Source: a virus | DNA length: 64,000 nt | Strand: one strand, 5' to 3' | IMG/VR virus record: IMGVR_UViG_3300032753_002463 | Span: 1-64,000 of that record | In this document: positions 31,001-41,600 of the stretch, in pieces | Layout: each line of letters begins with the position of its first letter | Position numbering within the stretch: the first letter of the stretch is position 1 | Translations under genes and position numbers: made by a program | The notes under the pieces: model-generated | The model's input: the letters and a program-made list of their open reading frames with translations, nothing else | Database searches by the model: none | Told to the model about the DNA's origin: nothing

Positions 31001-31628
31001 ACCTAATTAATTGCAATGGAAGATCTACTACTGATTCATCAGTAAAATAACCAATATTTTGTCCATCTAACTGATTAAGAAAATCTTGTAAATCTATATC
31101 ATTTTTTCCACTAAATGTACTATCAAAAAAAGCCTTTTGTGCATCTGTTGTAGGATTAGTGATAACACGTTTAACATAAACATTTCGAGTACCAGGTTCT
31201 ACTTGTCCATCTAATGGAATTGAAACATATAATAGAGGGTTTAAAAAACTATCAAAAAACCAGTTACTTCTAGTCAAGAAAGAAGAAGGAACACCTAATG
31301 TAGTTGGTGCTGTTGGATCAATTAAAGGTTTTGCCTGATATATTTGTGAAACTGTACCATCAGCATTTCTAATAGTAGAAATTCCGTTTCCTAATCCTGC
31401 TAAAGTTTTTACATTAGTATCTAATGTTTTGATACGATTTAAGAGATAGCTCCAAGATGGAACGCTAATAACAGAACTTGTGTTATCACTATTCAACTGC
31501 TCTATGTTAACAGTATCATTTGTTGTAGTCGCTGCATTTGATAAGCTGTTTATAATCTCCATCGAATTTTGTTGGAGCTTCAAAAATTGAGCAATCAGAG
31601 AGCTTATTGAATTTGTTGTATTTGCCAT
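28086..31628 (-). CDS. large virion structural protein (1180 aa) with coiled-coil and FN3-like segments
   Basis: Q/T/S-rich coiled coil; FRISYRY...FSNW...VEIRVASISEAGWP...SDF FN3-like pattern. Confidence 0.65.
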   Translation of the reverse strand: MANTTNSISSLIAQFLKLQQNSMEIINSLSNAATTTNDTVNIEQLNSDNTSSVISVPSWSYLLNRIKTLDTNVKTLAGLGNGISTIRNADGTVSQIYQAKPLIDPTAPTTLGVPSSFLTRSNWFFDSFLNPLLYVSIPLDGQVEPGTRNVYVKRVITNPTTDAQKAFFDSTFSGKNDIDLQDFLNQLDGQNIGYFTDESVVDLPLQLIRYNGSFAVLRVIDQTVTTTTNGIASQQTIRNYKLDNITYTDSLATGANSSRQLKIGDGLITSGGTRYQITGIDLGNTTVTLNRISGYDPITIGDNSLSIDSEILSPLSVEVGIGHDERQAIFIKNINNDFNVAGSTYSPGIGFWSNNLTINTTSGVQNLDDFYQTYVSDFSSVFLGNSKEKTIQSVYATTPDAPVLTSSNFQVVVTNKQVTQSPASTKFQSQIQSKVQIQNTIQAINTSISSVQKQIVNQSVTSVSKTFNADTQKLLQKVTTLTQQKTTQTQLLSSTIQDINNTVTTNPEIQTAPIYSVRGFWAFPNPVTNPKTGPQQVIQFRISYRYLSSSGNAPAADVIPFVDANGTQYNGTFSNWTEYKSDIRKKAYDPVSGTYQWVVEDITNADVTNINQLDIPIKSGESVEIRVASISEAGWPANPAESDFCPSVIISFPDNLSTIINNTQYLQQNIGDQAVATIQSDLTAKGLDQHLSTAFTTTGGQYYAHVATTISSGFFDSSGNPIDVYNQLLAMQQEIENLRALIQQASGVLGVYILQGSNLTTIKNGSTVNIFAGYYNELLDLTNISNWGKIASVTYQLQLRNEAATPLELSSLIAGGQSTAVLSSTSSYASVDYSTNRKYDLTTISLSSILDGTIVPGLTGSAAFIQAPPFQSGNANSQFIYSRYKSVGLDEDEYFAPIIPTISWSPDTGVTSSIIGNVPSNNGVLLPYSPTGASPGSPNSNIWNGTYLSGAPVGNGNLNEFCIHYQHPVVINESITTARGFFDLARPVESAGNYEYPEFRHTFGFELGSNDTIATDITSQTKPYQQMQFTPPSDTSYGATGTDNSYPMKLGFGSNDEYLVGKYSCGAYLFMQPANHSAIQIEGSTTLATKILQYGDQNAITIPITFQFRAADKLQYIGGYRTTGSIRNITYSKKLGIDIQVKNQSLFSFDLVVSGSYTKSAIATPAYSTSLVTAVSLGTV

Positions 31629-31629
31629 T

Positions 31630-33819
31630 TTATCTAATTTGGTCTATTTCGAATATTAAGTTTTTGTCATCAACACATACTATATCAAATATGGGTTTAT
31701 TATTTGCACTAATAAAGGATGCTTGTGTAAATCCTCCTACTAATATATTATATGACATAGAAGAAGGGCTACTCAAAGGATATAATCCAGTAGAATCTGT
31801 ATAAATATAAACATTATAGGTTGATAGAACTACAGGATCATCAAAAATAAGTCTAAATGTTTGTCCTATTGTCCATTTGTTATTAGTATCATCAATCCTT
31901 ATAACTATATCAGTTGTTGCGTTGATTGTTAATCCGCTATTCTTATGTTTGTAATAATTAGTATATGGGTTTAAAGATAATGTATTAGTTCCTACTGGAT
32001 TTAATGAAAAATAATAATTTGCACTATTTACAGTATAATTTTGTACTGTATTATTTATTATCACCTTATTAGGTACACTTCTATCAACAAAAATTCCATT
32101 TCCTTGCTTTAAGAGGTCCAGGTTATAAGAAATTGCTATATTTGTATTACCTTGAAGAATGGAATTTGTCATATTAAAATTCCTCTCTATTAATCCCATT
32201 ATATCTTGGGTATTGTTAAATAAGGCCTGATTAACCTGCAATGCATTCTCTACTATTGCTAATCTAGTATCATAACTTGTTCCATTATTTGTATTTAGTA
32301 ATAAATCGTATAGATTATTATATTGTTGCTGAAGATTAATAATTGTTGTAGCCTGATCATTTAAGACACCCGCTGCTTGCTGAAGAACAGTTGCAGAATC
32401 CATAAATAGACTCATTGAGAAAGAGGAATAATCATTAATAGCTTGCTCTACTCCCGTATTATCTACACTAGTATCAAATTTTAAATTTAATTTTAATCCA
32501 TAAGAGTTTCCGTTTAATTTAGTAACAGGATCTGGTTTATATTTTGAAAAGACTGGGATTTGTCCAGTTGATATTCCGGTCGGTACAATGTCATTCAAAA
32601 AAAGTACACCATATAAATTTGTTGCAGAATCTGCTAAATTATTTGGATCGTATACATCATAGTACAATAATACAGCATTAAAATCAAAATTAGATGCTGC
32701 TGCAGTAGAATTGTACTGTTCTATTACAGACAAAGCTGGATTGCTAACAATTGCTTGATATGAGATAGGATTAAAATCTATCATAACTCCATCTAAATTA
32801 TTTCTAGTATAGCTTACGTTATAACCAGAAGTCCCCGCAGTGACCTCATATTTAAAGATATCTAAATTGGAGGAATCAAAAAAACTATTATCTGTATAAT
32901 ACGAATTCGCAATATTTCTTGGCTGATACCATTGGCTTGTTCCAGTAGCCCCTAATGCATTAGTAGTAATCACTCCAGGATCACCAAGAACGGATTCATC
33001 AAAAATGGATAACATGGGTAATCCATTTGGTCCTATAGTTCCGCCTGAAATGTCTCTTCCCTCTAAATATTCAGTATTAATAGGATCTACTGGCATATTG
33101 GTCCATGTTTTCCCGGGATAGTAGTTATTATCAGCAGTAGTTTGAAATAAAATTACTGGTGTATTACCATCTGATGTTGGTACATGTATGTAAACTTCAG
33201 TATAAGCGTTATTTTGGTTTTGCACAGAGTTTACAATATCACACTCACCAACATATTGAACTACCCTATTATACCTAGGTACAGAACTACCATTTCCAAC
33301 TGTATTAGTATCCTCTTCTACCCATCTTTTCTGGGATTGGGGGAATCCATTTACAACACTAGTTGTTGTCTGGTCTAATGCAGAATTAACTTCATTAGAG
33401 TTAGCGGGTCTAAATCTTATACCTCCCAATTCTTTCAGCCATTTAAAAAATGCCCTCTCTGCTATACCTAATTTAAGAGTTGTATTATAATTAGGATCCG
33501 ATAATATCGTAGCTTCTAGATTTAGACAATAGTTTTGGAACGAAATTTCCAAATTAGGGCTAAGATTATTGGGATTTACTAGATTGAATGTATTGGTAGC
33601 AACATCTAAAAAAGTAGTATCTATCGTATCAAATTGAATGGAATTCTCATTGTATATAGGCTTTTGAAACGGAGGTATGTTCAGCAAAACAAATTTAGAG
33701 AACTTGAATTTATTTACCGAATTATTAAAAGTAAAAGAAAGATCCTCCGACGCAGAAGAAAATGTATAAAAGGTTCCTCCTGTTACTTGTAAGGGTCTAA
33801 TGAAAGGGGTTTTAGCCAT
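31630..33819 (-). CDS. putative virion structural protein (729 aa)
   Basis: Long ORF with central coiled coil, contiguous with structural genes. Confidence 0.65.
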   Translation of the reverse strand: MAKTPFIRPLQVTGGTFYTFSSASEDLSFTFNNSVNKFKFSKFVLLNIPPFQKPIYNENSIQFDTIDTTFLDVATNTFNLVNPNNLSPNLEISFQNYCLNLEATILSDPNYNTTLKLGIAERAFFKWLKELGGIRFRPANSNEVNSALDQTTTSVVNGFPQSQKRWVEEDTNTVGNGSSVPRYNRVVQYVGECDIVNSVQNQNNAYTEVYIHVPTSDGNTPVILFQTTADNNYYPGKTWTNMPVDPINTEYLEGRDISGGTIGPNGLPMLSIFDESVLGDPGVITTNALGATGTSQWYQPRNIANSYYTDNSFFDSSNLDIFKYEVTAGTSGYNVSYTRNNLDGVMIDFNPISYQAIVSNPALSVIEQYNSTAAASNFDFNAVLLYYDVYDPNNLADSATNLYGVLFLNDIVPTGISTGQIPVFSKYKPDPVTKLNGNSYGLKLNLKFDTSVDNTGVEQAINDYSSFSMSLFMDSATVLQQAAGVLNDQATTIINLQQQYNNLYDLLLNTNNGTSYDTRLAIVENALQVNQALFNNTQDIMGLIERNFNMTNSILQGNTNIAISYNLDLLKQGNGIFVDRSVPNKVIINNTVQNYTVNSANYYFSLNPVGTNTLSLNPYTNYYKHKNSGLTINATTDIVIRIDDTNNKWTIGQTFRLIFDDPVVLSTYNVYIYTDSTGLYPLSSPSSMSYNILVGGFTQASFISANNKPIFDIVCVDDKNLIFEIDQIR

Positions 33820-33838
33820 TTTGTGTTATGTTATGTTA

Positions 33839-34768
33839 TTAGAAGCTTGTTATCAAGCTAGAAGATAATACTGCCCATGAACCTTTTTGGGTTGAAGCAG
33901 TTTGACTAATTCTTGGCTCCCATAATAAATTTAAGGAAGTTCTATAAGGATGACCACTTGGTACTGTTATTCCTGCAGTATTATATTGACCATTTACTGT
34001 ATTAAAGCCAGTATAATAATATCCCGTAGCAGATGGACCAGTAATACCAGTACCAATTTTTCCACCAGTTGGACTAGTATTAATAATTGTTATTTTATAT
34101 CCATTTGGTAATACAGAAGCCGTACCCCCACTTGCTCCTGCTACCTGGAAGAAAAATCCAGTAGCATTTGCAGAATCAGCACCAGCAGCACTTACATAAG
34201 CACAATTAGCATAAATTACGCTTTCTTGTCCAGTTAATACATAAGGAGTGCTAAAAGTACCAGTAATTCCGCCACCTCCTGCAGTAATGGCTAAAAATGG
34301 AAGACCTGAGCCAGATGCAGATTTTGTATTTTTTTCAGTAAATATACCAGTAGCACCATTTTGCATTTCATCCATGGAAATTAAAGTACCACCAAAAATA
34401 CCAGTAGCACCAAAACTAGCAGGTCCAGTAGCGCTAATTACATTGAATGTTCCTGTTCCAGAAACAGCTAAATTTAGTGTACTCAGGGTCCCAGACAAAC
34501 TACCATTTCCAGCACTAGCACCCGTTCCATAAAAATTAATAGTTGGGGATCCTGCAGCAGGTAAAGTAAGGCTATTAAAAAATCCACCCTGTGCTTTTAA
34601 TTGACCACTAATTGCTGTAGATATATCCAAGGATCCGGTAACAGTGTTCAGATTAAAAGTATTCTCAATATCGTTAATTTCATTCTCTATTAGAAGAAAA
34701 TTAGCATTTAGAGTAAGCCTATCTCCTGCAATTGAATTACTACCAAGGAGTTCTGTGATTGTTATCAT
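33839..34768 (-). CDS. short fibre-like structural protein
   Basis: N-terminal DRLTLNANF fibre-attachment-like motif; G/A/T/S-rich; GTATATATAT upstream. Confidence 0.6.
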   Translation of the reverse strand: MITITELLGSNSIAGDRLTLNANFLLIENEINDIENTFNLNTVTGSLDISTAISGQLKAQGGFFNSLTLPAAGSPTINFYGTGASAGNGSLSGTLSTLNLAVSGTGTFNVISATGPASFGATGIFGGTLISMDEMQNGATGIFTEKNTKSASGSGLPFLAITAGGGGITGTFSTPYVLTGQESVIYANCAYVSAAGADSANATGFFFQVAGASGGTASVLPNGYKITIINTSPTGGKIGTGITGPSATGYYYTGFNTVNGQYNTAGITVPSGHPYRTSLNLLWEPRISQTASTQKGSWAVLSSSLITSF

Positions 34769-34900
34769 TATTACTTTTTTTATTAGAATATATATACTAG
34801 ATGCTAAGGATTACTAAATTTCATAGCCCTTCAATATCAATGTTATTACTATTACTACAAACCTTCATTATAGTTTCACTAATAAAATAAAATTCCAAAA

Positions 34901-35596
34901 ATGGAAAAAAAAGAGCCCGGATACACCGACAAGAAGAGTAATCAAGAGAAGAAGAAACCAAAAGGTGAGATTAAATTCCAAATCTCCCTAAATGAAGAGC
35001 AAAAATTAGCAAAACAAATTATTTTAGAAAACACGGTAACCGTCATAAAAGGGATGGCGGGTTCTGGTAAAACTTTAGTTGCTGCTCAAGTTGGTTTAGA
35101 TCTTTTATTTAAAAGGGAAGTAGAAAGAATTGTTATTGCCAGACCCATGGTAGCAAGAACTGACATGGGAGCTCTTCCTGGATCAGCAGAGGATAAATTA
35201 CATCCTTGGTTAATACCAATTTACGCTAATCTTTATATCCTTTATAATAAAATGAGCATTGATAAGTTAGTAGAAGAGGGAGTGATCGAAATATTACCAT
35301 TCCAATTTATGAGGGGAAGAACCTTAACTGATTCTTTTGTAATAATCGACGAAGCCCAAAATATTACTAATGAAGAAATGGAAATGGTTATAGGTAGATT
35401 AGGCAAGGAATCCAAAATGGTTTTTTGCGGTGATAATTCTCAGATAGATCTTAAAAATAAGAAAGATAGTGGCTTAGATTTTTTAAAAACAATAGAAGGA
35501 CGTGTTACTGGATTAAAAAATGTAGTTTTACTACAAAATCACAGGCATCCTATAGTTAAAGAGATACTGGATGTCTATAAAGAGTATAGGGATTAA
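34901..35596 (+). CDS. phoH: PhoH family ATPase
   Basis: GMAGSGKT, MGALPG, FMRGRT, IIDEAQN, GRLG, CGDNSQIDL, SGL, RHPIV. Confidence 0.95.
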   Translation: MEKKEPGYTDKKSNQEKKKPKGEIKFQISLNEEQKLAKQIILENTVTVIKGMAGSGKTLVAAQVGLDLLFKREVERIVIARPMVARTDMGALPGSAEDKLHPWLIPIYANLYILYNKMSIDKLVEEGVIEILPFQFMRGRTLTDSFVIIDEAQNITNEEMEMVIGRLGKESKMVFCGDNSQIDLKNKKDSGLDFLKTIEGRVTGLKNVVLLQNHRHPIVKEILDVYKEYRD

Positions 35597-35609
35597 AACA
35601 CTAAATTAG

Positions 35610-35669
35610 AAAAGCCCGGCAGAAATAATGATAGCGAAATTAGATCGTCATTATTTCTGCCGGGCTTTT
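35610..35669. terminator. bidirectional terminator, perfect 22-bp inverted repeat
   Basis: AAAAGCCCGGCAGAAATAATGA-16 nt-TCATTATTTCTGCCGGGCTTTT between convergent phoH and the 2530-aa gene. Confidence 0.85.
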
Positions 35670-38600
35670 TTAATATGGATAAATAGCTTGATCTCTAAAA
35701 TCATTGCTGTTTATAATATGTGGGACAGTTTCTCCGTTAAATATAGCACTATGATCAACAACCCTAATATAAGCATTTTTCGTAGTTGTGTATATATTTC
35801 CATTAGTATCCTCTATAGTAATTACAAGATCAAAATATCCAGGGACAGTAAAGGTCCAAATAAAATAAGGCACGTCCTTTACATCAACTATTACATTTCC
35901 TGTAGATTGCTCAATTAATTGCCATTCATGATTTTTCTTGCCCGGTATATTAGAGTCCAATGGATTTATAAATACTGGCGTTCCTATAGGTATTTCAAAT
36001 TCCCCTTTATAAATTCTCTTATCAGAATATCCCCAACTTTGTGTACCTAGCCAAGAAACTGGGCCGGCAAAAGATTTTCCTGGAATATAACTTTGATGTG
36101 GAATTTTTCCGACGAATAGATTATTGTTTCCTGTTGGATTAGGAGATATTAATAAATCCCCTGTTATAATTGATCCCGAAAGATATCCGGTTAAATAGAT
36201 ATTTTCTTCGGTATCTAATGATATTGATAATCCTTCGTCTGCTGATATACTCCCAATAGTAGTTATATCTATTATAGTACCATCTATTTCTAATTTTATC
36301 AAAAGAACATCACTTGCTCCTACTGAGTTTTCATGGAATGGTTGGTAATTATTGTCAGGAGAGAAAGACCCAGTATAAGAACCTAACATATAGATCCTAC
36401 CTTCACTATCGATATCTATATCATGTAAACAATCACCTAAACTACTTCCTACATTTTTAGCGAATATAAAATTTCCTGTTGTTAAAAATTTAAATATTCC
36501 ATATTCTAAAGAGTCTGGACAACTTATGCTAGTTTTATTAAGGGTCAAAGTCCCATTAAAGGAAACACCAAGAACTAATTCTCCATTAGTAGATAATTTT
36601 ATTATTGGAGAAAGGGAGGTCCTAATAAAATCAGTGTTGCTAATTATGTTTGTCCAATTTGATGTAAATGTTAAAGAATTATATGAAGATAGTAAAATAT
36701 TCTGCCCATTAATATCCTTATTATAATAAGCAATATAAAGGTCATTATAATTACCCAATGCTAAACTCGGGCTATATTCCGGTTTTCCAGACTCAATCTT
36801 TCTTAAATATATAACATTACCATTACTATCTACATTAGCTATATAGATCTCATTTAGTGATGGACCATAGCTAGAAGTAATAGACCAAACTCCACTCGTA
36901 AGTGTGCCATTGAATTCTCCTGCTATATAAAGATTATTAGCATCATCAACAACAATATCGATATTTTCATTATATGTTGTACTTGCAGATGGAGTAAATA
37001 ATTCAGTAAATCCTATGAAAGTACCATTCCAATCCCATCTTATTAAAAAATTTGATGGCTGTTCGCTTGATAAATTATTCCCGTTTTTTTGTTTATATCC
37101 AACAACATATACATTTCCTAATCTATCTAATTTTATAGAGCTTGGTATAAAATCCTCACCGTATGGGGGATTCGGTTCCCCATACATTCTAACCCATTGT
37201 ATAATACCTACACTATTATATTTTGCAACAAATACTGAAATACAATTAGGAGAATTTATTGTTGTTGTTGACCCACTATTAATATTGTTTGGAGACCCAA
37301 AATAAATTGTTCCCTGAAAATATCCGGTTACATAAATATATCCGTCATCTCCTACTACAATTTTTATTCCTCTATCCTGATAATTATCACCAATACTTAT
37401 TAACCATTCGAAATCCGAAAACTGATCCCTAGCTTTTTTATCAGCAGACCTTTCTATCGGAGAATTTCTCCAATATTCTTCCTTAATAGCAGATCCATTT
37501 AATATATCTCTTAATGGGGCATCTAAAAATAAATGATCAGGGTTTAGCTCCGGATGATTTTTTGTTATTTGGCTAAAATCAAAACCAGCCCAATCTGGTA
37601 CCTTCCAGGAATATCCATCAACGAATGGAAAATTAGGCCTAAAATTATCGGCTAGTATATAATTTCCATTAACAGGGCCTACTAAGAAATTGAAATTTAT
37701 TAATCCATATGCAATTCCGCTAGGAGAAGATAATTCTATAGAGGGTAAGGATCTACTACTATTATAGTATATAAAATCCCAGCCATCATTACCAGGAAAA
37801 TTACTAGTAGCTTGTATATGTGGTATTACATAATCAATTTGTTTTAATGCTTGAGTAGAGCTGAGATAAAATATATTTCCTGGATATTGTGTATAAGCCC
37901 CATCTATTGTTTTTACTTTATTTACTAAAATCCAAGTATTCTCTCTATGCAAGGAAGCTGGAGATCCTGGATTTAGATAAGGGGCAAAGGTAACGCTATT
38001 TCCGGGCTCGTTGGTATATCTAATGAAATCATCCCCATTAAAATATCCTAAAAAATAATTAGTTCCATTACTAATAGTAAAGAATATATTTCCGTGGCCT
38101 ACTGTTATGATATTACTATATACTTCCCCACTTAATAATCCTGCACTATTTCCTGGATTCCATACTGCCCATATATCACCATCATAATAAGTTATACCTG
38201 AATCAGTCCCAATCCATTTATTATTGATTTCATCTATGCAAATAGAATATACATTATTAGATAATAAACCAGAATTATTAGTTTGGTAATTAAAAAATTT
38301 AATCCTATCATACAGGGATATTCCGTTTCCAGTAGCAATCCAAAGGATTTTATTACCATCTTTATAGTCAAATATCATTTGTCTAATATCAGTAGACAGT
38401 AGTCCATCACTAGTATTATGTATTTCAAACTCCTGACTATCACCATCATAGTATAATAACCAATTTGTTGCATGATCGAAAGTAATAGAAATAGCAAAAT
38501 CCCTGTTTCTATCATCTATAGCTAATGCAGTAATATTAGCGGTAGTAAAATGGTAAGGAATTATGATATTATTAGAATTTGTTGTTATTGATCCCGTTTC

Positions 38601-41600
38601 AGAAACGAATGCTGTTATATTATTTATATTATTAGTATCAATAATTTGTAATGGAACTGCACCCTGTCCATAATACCATAAATTACCTTTCCTATCTATT
38701 TGTAAGTATGTCCCTGGATAGCTTAATGTAATTAAATCTATATTAGTTGGAGATTTGAAGACATGAATATTATTACCGTCTGCCATATAAATTTCCCCGT
38801 AAAGACCTCTACAAATTGAGGTTGGGTTAAATCCTAGGGATCCATAAGTAGTAGTAATTTCATCCATTGGTCCTAAACCAGTTGAGAATGGAATCATAGC
38901 ATAGAATTCTGTTACTACTAAGTGAGCCCCAGGGGAGCTAATTTTGATATATCTTGCAGTTACATTAACTATAAATTCTTCTATACCTTGAGTAAAGGTA
39001 CCAGTATTAAATAACAAGATCCAATTTATCCCGTCTAACGAGTAGCTTACAGATTTATTTTGTGTAAATGTAGGGCCCCAGCTCCCCGTCATAGAAGAAG
39101 AGAAATCACAGCCAATTACAACACTTGTAATTGGCATTGGCTGATTAAGATCTAATTGAATCCATTCATTTGAGCTATTTGAAGTAACTGTTTGATTTAA
39201 TTCCCTATAGCTTCCATTAGTCATACTTGTATAATCCGCAGCTACATAACCACTATAAACCGAACTTTGTGTATATGTTATATGGGGAGCTATAATATCC
39301 TCTATTAAATTATTCCCAAGACTATCGTAGGAACCATAAACCCTGGAATATCCCCTTACTTGATAGTTAAATTTAGAAATTCCAGGATCTTGGGATTGAT
39401 TTAATTGGTTAGCAACATCATAAAGAAACATAGGATATCCCGGAGAAGTACTTGTCCCTATTAAAACACCTGGATTATTTTTACCAACCTTAATTGTATC
39501 CCCATATCTTATATTATATAAATCAAATCCTCCATTCCAATCCCCATGAAAATCATACATCGACCATGTTTGTGAATATAATTGATCCCAGGAAATGTCA
39601 GTGAAGGAGTCCCAATTTATTTCTTTACTACCCCAATTTTTCATTTCTGAAATAGGTAGTGGGTCACCTGGACTATAATAAATATAATTCTCCGTCTGAT
39701 TAGCTCCACCTGCTAATGCTGGTGTAATTGAATTAGTCAAAACAGTATCTCCGATATTTAAAACTAATGAGCCGGTAGTAGTTATATTGATCACTTGTCC
39801 ATTATATGCAGAGCCAGTATTATCAGGGGATTCCATTATAATATTATACAAAAATACATTACTTGATATACCAGCTACTGTAGTTGGTGTATAATTCATA
39901 ATAGTGAATTGTGGGTCTAGTGTTCCCCCATTCATCAAGGAATATAAAGTTCCAGCAGTACTTCCAATAGATCCATCATAATCAACATTTATATAACTTC
40001 TCTCGGAGATAGAAATATTCAGTGATCCCCCACCAGTAACATAATTTCCTACTGTTGTTATAGTATTATAAATTATTAGAGGTATTATAAATGTAGTAGC
40101 AGTAACACTCAATACCGAATATTCTCCTGTTATAGAATTTGTGCTATTGTCTTTAATAAACACAGAATCACCAGGACTAATTCCATGGGCATCTGCGGTA
40201 GTTACTGTTGCTGGCCCAAAACCTACACCATATAAACTGGAGATGGAAATTATTTGATGCGAGACGACTCCCAAATTAAAATTAAGATTAGCTTTAATTT
40301 CAGGTATAGGTGTTAAAACATTACATTCTTGACCATCATAATAGTGATTTCCATATTCTGAATATGTTAAATTAATCTGAGATGTCTGAGGTTGAGGATT
40401 TTGTTGTTCAATTGGAAATTGCCATTGACAATCGTAGTCATCCCAAGTTTCTATCATTTGATCCCAGGTGTATATTTCAGCTTGCCTGAACCTTGCTATC
40501 GAAGTTAATTCAATGTTTCTTGGTTCTACTGTTATATAATCTATGAAATATCCAGTAGAGGTATCATTAAAACTATTCCAAATTTTACATTTGACTGTAT
40601 AATTACCAATATAGGGGAGAATTTGAGGGATCCTCCAATAATCTTTTAGATTTCCCCTAAATTGGTAATTGTACGGATTATCACCAACCTTACTAATTGT
40701 CCATTCTATTTCATAATAGCCAACAAATCTTAAGTTATCCCATGAATAAAGTCCATCAGATCCTTGAGTATAGTTATAATACGTCATTGCAATCCTTTGA
40801 CTAAAAATATTAGTTATAGATACATTCCATTCCGTAAATTCTCCTGATCCAACATAATAAAGAAAAAGTAGATTTGTTATCCCAGTCACATTATTATAAG
40901 ACTGTACTTCTCCAACAAAATAATCATTGGAATCAGCCATAAATTGTAATTGTACTTTCCCTCCTAGAGGATTTAATAATCCTGTTAGTCCTACTGGTAA
41001 GGTGACAGTTAATGGAGTCAAAAAATCCGAATCAACCTGTATAGGAAAAGAAAGATTAGATGTAATTAATGGTATCCCTGTATATGCAGGTAAATCAGCA
41101 GAAGAAGATAACGTAGTATCATAAGTGGATATATTAGTATCTAAATTATCCCAAGTAGTACTAACATCATCCATGGTTATATTAAAACAAGAGACCTCTA
41201 AAACAGTAGGAAATCCACCGGGTAAATAATATGGTGTATTATCTTGATATCTAATATATCCTGGGCCATTATAATCCCCATCGCCAAGATCAAATTTACC
41301 ATTATTATTTATTAGATCTGTATGATAAGCAATAATGGCATCAGCAATCGAAGAAGCTTCCTCTGGAGTATAAGATTGGCTGTAAGGGTTTAAGTCAACA
41401 GTATTTCCAAAATCACTAGAATCTGTGTTACCCTCATATCCGGGAACAAATGGTAATTGAGGCAAAGAGGAATTTGATCTTGTTTGGAAAGCTCGTAGAT
41501 CCTCAACATATCCACTTTGTGGAGAAGCACTGATTGTTATATCTAAGCCTAAACTTATTTCATCTATCTTCAACGTATCAATCCATCCTCTAGGCTTATT

